Shown piece by piece: positions 47,701 to 55,005 of a DNA stretch of 64,000 nucleotides. The stretch's first letter is position 1; each line of letters opens with the position of its first letter. Where the stretch lies: the IMG/VR virus record IMGVR_UViG_2713897279_000003. One strand, 5' to 3'. The position numbers were made by a program, and so were the translations under genes. The stretch comes from an uncultured virus (IMG/VR IMGVR_UViG_2713897279_000003) (lineage: Duplodnaviria > Heunggongvirae > Uroviricota > Caudoviricetes). The notes below the pieces were generated by a model. That model had not been told where the DNA came from and ran no database searches. It was given only the letters and a program-made list of their open reading frames with translations.

Positions 47701-50057
47701 TAATTATTACTTTGTTTTTTATCTATCCTACCTTGAGATTCTAAGTTTTTCGCTAAATTCATTAGCCGCTCTTTGATTAACGATTGTCTATCCTTCCCAT
47801 CTCTTACGCCTCTTTGAACATGATCATAGATGCTATTACGTGCAGAGTCTTCAGTCTCAAATTTAATAAAATGATGTTCATTTACTCCAACGTCAGCTTC
47901 CTTAGGTACTCCTGCTCTATCAGAAAGTAAATGCCAATATTTCTTTAAAGCAATATTTCTTTTTTGATTTATAGATTCTAGTGCTTTTTTTCTATCTGCC
48001 AAATTCAATTTTTTTGTTGTTCGTTGAGTATCTAAATGAAATTTCTCTTCAATTTTTTGTACTGTTTCAAGTAAATATGGTTTTTCATCTATCAATCTCT
48101 TATACATTTTAAAGAACGCATTCTTTTCAGATTCATTAAAGGTATATTGCTTTTTATGATCATCCCATAAACTATAAAAGTCCATTTTTTTGATAATATT
48201 AGTAGCCGTACTTATTCTGGCTACTTCCTTTTTAGCACGCTTTCTGCTATATCCATTTCTAATTAGTTCTTTAATTTTTTCGGCACGACTTTTCCCGGCA
48301 CCTTCTAAATACTCTTGCATAACCTTGATATTTTCAAGCATTCGCTTTAAACCTAAAAAACCCTTTGTTCTCTTTTCTACTATTTCACCATTACTAATTT
48401 TTAAACTTTCTTCCGTTCCATCTAAACTAAAAAAGCTATTATAATTTTTATAGGCATGATTAGACATACTTTGATGTTTAATTTCAATTTTTTTTTGCGG
48501 ATTAATATTCTCCCCATCATAAAATCGATTAAAAATAAAATCTTTTAGTTCCGAAAAAGCATTTTTTCCTTTTCTAACTACATAAGACACTTCATTCTTT
48601 TTCGGGTTAAAGAAACGAAAAGCTAATTTTTTCTCGTCTCCATCACTCATATCGTGAACACCAGCAAACTGATACAAAGTCTTTGCATTAATTATCGTTT
48701 CAGTGACACTGGTAGATTTATTAATAATGTGACCTTCGTCGTCAAATCCTACTTTAAACGAGTCATTATCGTCTTGGTAAACTTGTACATCCCCTAAAGC
48801 AAATAAAATTTGACCATTATTTAATTTTTTATCTTCCCATTTCATCTTTGTTTTATGAACCTTAAAACGTTGTGCTCTTGGAGAATAAGTTGATTCTAAT
48901 TTATTTAAAATATGTTTTCTTGATTTCGCAATTAACTTTGCAGTATAGTCTGTAGCATTCTGTATAGTATCTTGTATATCACTCCCTAACACATGTTGAT
49001 AAGCTACTAAGTTATCTTTATCATATGGATTTAATGGGGAATTATATTTCGGATTCATTTTTTTCTTTAAATCATTAGAATCCGTATAAGCTGTACGAAT
49101 TACATTCAAATAATCTAAATACTTAACATCTTTTGGGATCTTTAAATTTAAATTTTGAGCGAATGCATCCATAACTTGCATATCAAATTTATTTCCATTG
49201 TAACTTACAAAATATTTTTCTTTATTAGCATTCATTATTTTTATAACGGCTTGCATTGCTTCTTTAGGTGAGTGACCTAATTTAGTCATATTGTTTAGTC
49301 CACTCTCCATATATGGGATATATCGATTCATATGCTTAACAATTTTTGCATTATCAATTTGGTCATTAAAATCGAATACAGACTTGATAATAGAATGATG
49401 CTTAATTACTCCCCCTGTATATGAAAATGGAGTATCCTCCCCTGTTTTATAAGACGAGTAGCGCATTAAATTCACTAATGAGCGTTTTTCCCATTCATTG
49501 TAAGAGTTATATATATTTTTATCATGCTTAATTCCAATTATCTTATTTTGCAAATACTCTATTACATCCTTATTCTGATGAATAACCCCATTAAATCCTG
49601 TTCCTTTTAATAGTTTTCCACTTTTATCATATTCATTTAAGGAAATTTCAGATAAACCATAAGGTTTTATACGTTCTTGACTATCACCATGTATTTCAAA
49701 ATTAAATACATAATAATTAGCTGTTCTTACAAAGTTTTGAAATTGTTCCAATCTCTTTTGTTCTACATATGTAGGTTTAAAAGGATTAACTTGCATTACC
49801 TTTTTTCCTGTGTGAAATAGGGATTCTTTCTTGCAAATTAACTCTTCTATTTCTTCTCTCCTTGAAGCCTTATCAAGATTTAATTTAGTAATATAGTTTA
49901 GTATTTTATTTTCATATTCTTTATCAATACTATGAGTCGAGTATAATGCATTACTAGTATCGTCAGCTTTAAAATCATTCTGTTTTGGAAGAACAACACT
50001 TACCCTTAGATCTATGGGTAAGCTCGCTTTAAATTGATTAATATCCATGGAACCCAC
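44715..50057 (-). CDS. Large protein at the tape-measure position with a degenerate DnaQ-like N-terminal region
   Basis: 1780 aa between the chaperones and the hub, K/N/E-rich and helical-looking. The function is inferred from position. Confidence 0.6.
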   Translation of the reverse strand: MGSMDINQFKASLPIDLRVSVVLPKQNDFKADDTSNALYSTHSIDKEYENKILNYITKLNLDKASRREEIEELICKKESLFHTGKKVMQVNPFKPTYVEQKRLEQFQNFVRTANYYVFNFEIHGDSQERIKPYGLSEISLNEYDKSGKLLKGTGFNGVIHQNKDVIEYLQNKIIGIKHDKNIYNSYNEWEKRSLVNLMRYSSYKTGEDTPFSYTGGVIKHHSIIKSVFDFNDQIDNAKIVKHMNRYIPYMESGLNNMTKLGHSPKEAMQAVIKIMNANKEKYFVSYNGNKFDMQVMDAFAQNLNLKIPKDVKYLDYLNVIRTAYTDSNDLKKKMNPKYNSPLNPYDKDNLVAYQHVLGSDIQDTIQNATDYTAKLIAKSRKHILNKLESTYSPRAQRFKVHKTKMKWEDKKLNNGQILFALGDVQVYQDDNDSFKVGFDDEGHIINKSTSVTETIINAKTLYQFAGVHDMSDGDEKKLAFRFFNPKKNEVSYVVRKGKNAFSELKDFIFNRFYDGENINPQKKIEIKHQSMSNHAYKNYNSFFSLDGTEESLKISNGEIVEKRTKGFLGLKRMLENIKVMQEYLEGAGKSRAEKIKELIRNGYSRKRAKKEVARISTATNIIKKMDFYSLWDDHKKQYTFNESEKNAFFKMYKRLIDEKPYLLETVQKIEEKFHLDTQRTTKKLNLADRKKALESINQKRNIALKKYWHLLSDRAGVPKEADVGVNEHHFIKFETEDSARNSIYDHVQRGVRDGKDRQSLIKERLMNLAKNLESQGRIDKKQSNNYTKLIMDSESPRTTSEIAIDISKLNYDKNTKEGIIPSINENTKKRSLLENKEIIKQAIQATEKIFLSFHENSMSEKTIELSKHLTNHLDIFDRERFSRLGLNNSQYLDKAVSGEKKHDFTKNITFTMDPNKAMKLFVYDNPNNKNVQKQLHYGVQSNNAVEFIMPLINNKVHQIDGFNLNMHSDTGLNLNRAKKAVQEYTGETAHVMNAANNGNYEEANKRAKQIFENETENISSISRRMKLGVSSMLNDIKTVKKHEMFESKEGNNLSKEFEYINQDSSIYYLKSPRLYEEQEIVNNNFSNEKGINKGFNKKRIKTATSSKGVTEIVNLDALDKVLFGFEGNNQPIHDLYDGFNLKGEGIGFLKGKTFEHNHSEILKRNFQEFRNIMPTLDHLFYKKILVTGFSSLLEQYKDKHVYSGTMLSQDKVESLTERYEYHELENQHRCGSEFSMVRRNDGIEQKDKAIFNRNEKNNVKEINQLFTPLTNLDVPDGDIQLRKFPKHVLSIYPKIDDIISTPTPIEEENQLYGQLQLQGFVSRRDHHGIKGLMHSKYMLSDDVYKVNMNIFKSSLSNLMDFNTLLKLQDIYKEKKDTVISRNMSENMGWGSKLEGSKHRYNTNVHYHHTLHNGMPFTKIIINDDVNTSEVYRTFLSPILSDTDSKSYYSYISGSLGESEYSRSSLQNVVEDNMKHTGKTFVDISRKIVSKAGQMTRDSAINLNAFINREFSNIQQINETMKEFGHGLKRELIDAKRGARSTGLEMINAAYNHEFNLEKLNEREYLNGKVTRFNKTSGEFSNFRHRMFDKHQNIEVSKGSLEGIKSVSELAQTLMQQKGGNTRNLINKIRNKVIDKGTGIVVQASEKANDLLDTVRNMNQEKTMRMGDALALGGITSYNIISDKKSVMHYNDSSRGDYESRKQDHVPSIEMPNESYVNQNASISIQATGSNMDKKQFSNIVEHSMREIGMSAGPTRITVNHNDNTKQLNRIWYRDKVRQNM

Positions 50058-50063
50058 ATCCTT

Positions 50064-50951
50064 TTATACATAACGATTTGCATATTTCTTCAAGTGATTT
50101 TCTATTTCTTCTCTTCGATCTTCATGATAAGAGAAGTTTACATATGTTTCAGTGCCATGTGAGGGTGTAACTTTAACTTGTATATTTCTTAATCCTGTCC
50201 CTTGTAAATTATTTATAAGATTTTTTTTTAGAATATTAAATCCCTCAAAACTAGAATTTTCCTCTTTAGAAATAATATTTAAGTCCTCTTTATCTTCATG
50301 TAAACCTGGGGCCCAACGAAATAATTCGTTATTACTTTCTCTAAACTTAAAATTGCCTTTAGCCCCTTCTACTTTATTTACTTTTACATTATTTAAATCA
50401 TACCCTGGACGTTGACCTTCCCAAGCCCATTCAGGAATACCATATTTTTTCATGTAATATTCTAATGATTTTAGCTCTTTTATCCTATCACCAAAAATCC
50501 CCTTATGAACTCTCTCTTGATTTTCAGAAAATACTTTTAAGGTTTCTATTTGTTCTGGTCTTTCTTGTTTCGCTAATTGATGATGTTCATCCATTACTTG
50601 AATACTATCTTCGTTCCCCTGTATTCCTCGCATCCTGTTGATAGCTATTTCATCTTTTTTTCTTACAATTAATGGACCTTGATTATTTGAATTTTCCCCT
50701 GCAGAATAATGAATTATTTTTCCTTTTTTATTAAGAAACTGAATGTTTTTACCAAATACATCTGTTCCATCTCTTACAGTGAACGCATTTGCTGTCCCTA
50801 TAATTCTCATTCCAAAATTTCTAATAAATTTTGTCTCTTGTCTTTCCTCAGGACTTCTATAGAATCGCTCTGTCTCTCTTTGTTTGTTCCTATAGTCTTC
50901 AAAACGTAATTCTTGCATGAGTATCAAGCTCTCCTCTTTCAAGAATCTCAA
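50064..50951 (-). CDS. Hypothetical protein in the tape-measure region (possible collapsed remnant)
   Basis: 295-aa ORF. The start may be ATG 50918 (GAGGAG upstream). Confidence 0.6.
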   Translation of the reverse strand: MRFLKEESLILMQELRFEDYRNKQRETERFYRSPEERQETKFIRNFGMRIIGTANAFTVRDGTDVFGKNIQFLNKKGKIIHYSAGENSNNQGPLIVRKKDEIAINRMRGIQGNEDSIQVMDEHHQLAKQERPEQIETLKVFSENQERVHKGIFGDRIKELKSLEYYMKKYGIPEWAWEGQRPGYDLNNVKVNKVEGAKGNFKFRESNNELFRWAPGLHEDKEDLNIISKEENSSFEGFNILKKNLINNLQGTGLRNIQVKVTPSHGTETYVNFSYHEDRREEIENHLKKYANRYV

Positions 50952-50954
50952 ACA

Positions 50955-51719
50955 TTAATCAAACTCCCCTTTTAATTCATCTTGATGCTTAAACCACCCT
51001 AACTCAGGATGTAATTCTTCAAAATCAGTTGTTGGCGTTGTTACCTTTGTTCCTGATTGGGCTAGCATAGCCAATACCCCTTCCTCACTACTCATATCAT
51101 CTTCAAATAATATCTTTTCATCATTTTGATTGTTTTTTTGTTGTAAAATGACTTGCTCTTGTTTATGGATTTCTTGTTGTAACATTTCCTCATCAATTGG
51201 TTGATTATGTCGCTGCATCTCTCTTGCTATTGTTTCATTTACAGACTCTAGTATAACTCCTTTTAGATTTTGTAATATCCACTCCGCCCTAGATAAATAA
51301 TACATTGTTTTCCTCACTGGCCATGCTGCAATTGTTTCTATTGGATATTCTGGAAAGGCCTCATGAATCATACAATCTACTTGATAATCATAATTTAGCA
51401 TCTCTTCTCTATATTCATCTAATAATTCTTTTGCTTGATTTAAGTGTAGTCCTGATATCTCTAATATTACGTCTGATAATATCTCAGCAATCCCAGCAAC
51501 TCCATTAGAATAATCATACTCATACGGATATATAACTACTTGTGAGCAAATGATTTCTTGGAATTCTCCTAAATCCAAATCCATTAGAATAATCTCTTTA
51601 TACTCTTCTCTTCCTAGCGCCCGAAAGATATACGTCTGTTTCAAAATATCTAACTGATAGATATCACCAAATTGTTGTTTCCATTCAATAAGATCATTTA
51701 CTTTTAATTCTTCATCCAT
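50955..51719 (-). CDS. Tail assembly chaperone (gpGT-like, extended)
   Basis: EWKQQFGDIY...YIFRALGREEYKEI is paralogous to 51776..52273, with a C-terminal extension. Confidence 0.7.
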   Translation of the reverse strand: MDEELKVNDLIEWKQQFGDIYQLDILKQTYIFRALGREEYKEIILMDLDLGEFQEIICSQVVIYPYEYDYSNGVAGIAEILSDVILEISGLHLNQAKELLDEYREEMLNYDYQVDCMIHEAFPEYPIETIAAWPVRKTMYYLSRAEWILQNLKGVILESVNETIAREMQRHNQPIDEEMLQQEIHKQEQVILQQKNNQNDEKILFEDDMSSEEGVLAMLAQSGTKVTTPTTDFEELHPELGWFKHQDELKGEFD

Positions 51720-51747
51720 GTTAAGTTTTCACCCTCTTATAACAAAG

Positions 51748-51772
51748 ATAGCAGAACATATCGTCCTGCTAT
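51748..51772 (-). terminator. Hairpin/weak terminator between the two chaperone genes
   Basis: ATAGCAGGAC-GATAT-GTTCTGCTAT followed by CTTTGTT. Confidence 0.5.
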
Positions 51773-51775
51773 AAC

Positions 51776-52273
51776 TTAAAGCTTTATTGGTTCACTTTGT
51801 GCAACAAAACCAGATTTATCCATGATCATTTCAGACAATATACTTGGAATACCAGCTTTGCTCTTTAACATCTTTTCAATTGTAAAATTTCTTGGGAATA
51901 GTACACACTTTTCTGTCAACATCTCTTCACGATCTAAAGCTGTTAATGCTTGATCTCTAATTATTTCTCGATATTCAGGTCGTTTTAATGTTCTCCATAT
52001 AAATGTTTCTCCCTCAAAGGGCGTAAAGTAAATACCACCATATCGTTCTTTCCATTCTTCTACTTCACAACGTGTAGGACCGTTTTTTATTACGGGGGCA
52101 TTCCATTCATTTTCAGAATACTCTATCCCATCTACACCAGTAAAAACTAACTTTTCTCCTACATAATCTTTATTTATTGAACTTTCATCATCTACTACGT
52201 TCGTCGCACCTACCATATCTAATTGGTTATTATTATCTTTTTTAAGTTTATTCTCTTTTTTAGTAATTTTCAT
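51776..52273 (-). CDS. Tail assembly chaperone (gpG-like)
   Basis: EEWKERYGGIY...FIWRTLKRPEYREI...CVLFP...GIPSILSEMIMDKSGF. Lies between the tube genes and the tape-measure region. Confidence 0.75.
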   Translation of the reverse strand: MKITKKENKLKKDNNNQLDMVGATNVVDDESSINKDYVGEKLVFTGVDGIEYSENEWNAPVIKNGPTRCEVEEWKERYGGIYFTPFEGETFIWRTLKRPEYREIIRDQALTALDREEMLTEKCVLFPRNFTIEKMLKSKAGIPSILSEMIMDKSGFVAQSEPIKL

Positions 52274-52345
52274 CTTTACCCCTCCTGAATTGTAATGTAT
52301 TACACAACAATTATAATATCTTTATTCAAGTAAAAAAAGCTGTTT

Positions 52346-53215
52346 TTATTCAATTTGTCCAAATTGTATTGAGCGATAAATCGTTTCTACGGATTGTTCC
52401 TTATGTTCATTATTATTTCCTTGTGAAAAACTTGCTAAAGATCTTCCATTTAAATCTCTAGCAATAAATGAATATTGTTCTTGTATAGGGGATCCTTGAT
52501 CAGCTGTTGAAATGGATTTTGATACCCCTGCGAGTTGAACTCCATTAATCACATCTATTGTTAAATTAGGCTTACTAAATCTATTAGACTCATACAATTG
52601 ATTACTTATGTATCCGCTTGATTCTGATATCGCTCCATATTGAACTCTTATATCGAACCCGAATTGTGAATTATAAAAATAAGGAGCATCATCATAACTC
52701 ATATAATGACCATTATCCTTCTGAGCACCCCATATAGCATTTTCATATTCATCAGCAATTTGATCAAAAGAACTTTTACCTAATCGTTTTAAAATCTGAT
52801 CTAACTTTAGATTTTGATAATACTGTGGTTTTATTTTCCCTTCTTTTTCCCCAATAGAAACGGCATGGAAAATAGCATTTGCATTCTGCACAACTTGTTG
52901 CAAGTAGCCAACAGATGTAAAGTTTATTGAAAAAGCTCCCTGTATTAATCTCTTTCCGCGTGCTACTGCATCCATTGTATAAGAATTATATCCATATATA
53001 GGTAAAACTTCTTCAGATAATTGAAAGGAAATACTTGTAATTTCATCGACCCATATATCCCCAAAGTATAATTTCACATCTGCATTTGAGAAGTATTCAG
53101 AGTTAAATATTTGATACTCTACTCTTGTATCATTACGGGCATACATATCTTGTCGGGGTGTTAATGTACTTTGTAGTGATTGTCTTTTCCCAAAATATCC
53201 TTTATTTGTTACCAT
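52346..53215 (-). CDS. Tail tube paralog (tube initiator-like)
   Basis: YFSNADVKLYF...ISFQLSEEVLPIYG...ARGKRLIQGAF aligns with the tube motif FSGADIAATF...ISYSVSREVAPVY...SRGKRGIQGSL. ATG 53215 follows AGGAG. Confidence 0.75.
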   Translation of the reverse strand: MVTNKGYFGKRQSLQSTLTPRQDMYARNDTRVEYQIFNSEYFSNADVKLYFGDIWVDEITSISFQLSEEVLPIYGYNSYTMDAVARGKRLIQGAFSINFTSVGYLQQVVQNANAIFHAVSIGEKEGKIKPQYYQNLKLDQILKRLGKSSFDQIADEYENAIWGAQKDNGHYMSYDDAPYFYNSQFGFDIRVQYGAISESSGYISNQLYESNRFSKPNLTIDVINGVQLAGVSKSISTADQGSPIQEQYSFIARDLNGRSLASFSQGNNNEHKEQSVETIYRSIQFGQIE

Positions 53216-53227
53216 TTTTAACAACTC

Positions 53228-54112
53228 CTATAAAGATTGCAATTTCACTGAACCAGACAGATTTGTACGCTGTATTGGATCAATATCTAAAGCATAAAAT
53301 TCATACACATTTTGTGTAAAAATATCATCAACACTTAAAACCATGCCTTCAGTATAAGTACTTACACCATATATACTTAAGGAAGATTGAGCACTAAATT
53401 CGTTCGCCATTGATGTTGTAATATCAAATAACGGCATTTCATCCATCAACATTCTATAGCCAGCCTCTTTTATCTCCCTCATGCATCTATATACAATGCT
53501 TTCATCAAATACAGTAAAGCCTAGTACTCCAGTTACAGTCCGCATTCCTCTGGTAAAACCTTTCATACTTACACGCCCTAATGCCCTAACAGGATATTTT
53601 TCTCTATACACCGAGTAAGATAAGCTGGATAATTCACCAAAAATAACAGGTCCTTTTCCTGGAACATTAATACTACACACCATATCAGAGCCAGTGTAAG
53701 AATTAAAATTCTTATGATATGCATCTGGCCCTTTTTTATAAGGTACAGTTAATGTTTCTTTCTTTTTCCTTTGAGAATTTTCGTCTAGCTCTTTTATTCT
53801 CACTTGATATCTTCTTATATCTTGAATAGTGGATTCAATAAGCCGTATTACAACATCTTGCTCATTTCCTTTTAATATTTTCATGGCAAGTGAGATAAAG
53901 TTCCTCAAAACCATTAGTGCACTCTCTGAATCTAACCTTTGATTAATTTCTGAAACTGCTATCCTAACAAATAAAATAGGATCTTTAAATTGAGTACCTG
54001 TATTACCCATCCACTGAATTAAATCGTATGCCCCATTAGGAGAAGTTGACATGACTTTAGGGTTTCTAATATACGGAATTAAATTTTTAATTAGTAAATT
54101 AATAGATTCCAT
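53228..54112 (-). CDS. Tail tube paralog with helical N-terminal extension
   Basis: GELSSLSYSVYREKYPV...FTRGMRTVTG...DEMPLFDITTSMANEF matches the tube protein. Confidence 0.75.
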   Translation of the reverse strand: MESINLLIKNLIPYIRNPKVMSTSPNGAYDLIQWMGNTGTQFKDPILFVRIAVSEINQRLDSESALMVLRNFISLAMKILKGNEQDVVIRLIESTIQDIRRYQVRIKELDENSQRKKKETLTVPYKKGPDAYHKNFNSYTGSDMVCSINVPGKGPVIFGELSSLSYSVYREKYPVRALGRVSMKGFTRGMRTVTGVLGFTVFDESIVYRCMREIKEAGYRMLMDEMPLFDITTSMANEFSAQSSLSIYGVSTYTEGMVLSVDDIFTQNVYEFYALDIDPIQRTNLSGSVKLQSL

Positions 54113-54133
54113 GTATGCCTCCTTTTATTCTAA

Positions 54134-54161
54134 AATAGGACAGCAATTATGCTGTCCTATT
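54134..54161 (-). terminator. Rho-independent terminator after the tube gene
   Basis: Perfect 12-bp inverted repeat AATAGGACAGCA/TGCTGTCCTATT running into Ts on the minus strand. Confidence 0.75.
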
Positions 54162-54166
54162 GTGTA

Positions 54167-54934
54167 TTAAAATCCAGTTGCTAGAATATCACCAGAAGCA
54201 ACGTTACCAGAAGCGCCACCTTCTTGACGTAGATTATCTTTTGCTTGTACACCTTTAATTTTACGAGCAACAAATGTATAAGCCTTAGAGGTAATTACAT
54301 CGTCAACAGAAAAACCGGATGTTTCGTTTAATAACTGAATGCCGTAAATCTCCATACCAGCACGTTGCCCGTATTCATTGGCCATTGAAATAGTCACATT
54401 GAACGGCATTAATTGATCGGCATATTCAGGAACAAAGAAATCAGTTAAATTATCGGTATTAAATCCACCATTTTGTGCGCCGTCTGTACGAGCATATCCT
54501 AGACGAGTCATTTGTTCATCCCAAGTATTAATACCATATGTATTAGCACCATTTGGAGAAACTGATTTCAAACCACTTAATATCTCATCTTCAATCCCCA
54601 TTCGTCCAGAGCGAGCGCCTTGTCCATTTCCGTTTGCAATGTATTGTTGGAAACGCATTGGAGTCGGTGCACCTTTATATTCTTTTTTCATTTCCTCAAG
54701 TAATGCATCTCGATCAAATTGAACAAATACTAAGGATCCTTGAATGCCACGTTTACCACGAGAGAAAGAACGAGCATCTGGGCTGCCCATTGTATAGACT
54801 GGAGCAACTTCACGTGAAACAGAATAAGAAATTGCTTGTAGTTCTCCAATTATACGGCCGTTAAATGTCGCCGCAATATCAGCACCTGAGAACGTAGAAA
54901 AGGTGCGAGTATATTCTTCTGTATTAAAAGCCAT
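54167..54934 (-). CDS. Major tail tube protein
   Basis: Immediately downstream of the sheath, with a tube-like beta pattern and flanking stem-loops. Confidence 0.8.
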   Translation of the reverse strand: MAFNTEEYTRTFSTFSGADIAATFNGRIIGELQAISYSVSREVAPVYTMGSPDARSFSRGKRGIQGSLVFVQFDRDALLEEMKKEYKGAPTPMRFQQYIANGNGQGARSGRMGIEDEILSGLKSVSPNGANTYGINTWDEQMTRLGYARTDGAQNGGFNTDNLTDFFVPEYADQLMPFNVTISMANEYGQRAGMEIYGIQLLNETSGFSVDDVITSKAYTFVARKIKGVQAKDNLRQEGGASGNVASGDILATGF

Positions 54935-54968
54935 GAGTATTTCACCCCTTGTGAAATTTATTTAGTAT

Positions 54969-54999
54969 ATGTGCAAAGAGTTACTCACTCTTTGCACAT
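54969..54999. promoter_or_regulatory. Stem-loop between sheath and tube genes (mRNA stabiliser/processing site)
   Basis: Perfect 13-bp inverted repeat ATGTGCAAAGAGT/ACTCTTTGCACAT with no U-tract on the minus strand. Confidence 0.65.
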
Positions 55000-55005
55000 T
55001 ATTTA

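Noticed and set aside
51720..51800. Programmed frameshift between the chaperone ORFs
   Set aside because: The ORFs do not overlap, the second has its own RBS and ATG and repeats the core domain, and no convincing slippery site was seen.
52274..52345. Promoter upstream of the first chaperone (TATAAT present)
   Set aside because: No -35 at proper spacing or TG extension, and TATAAT is expected by chance in such AT-rich DNA.
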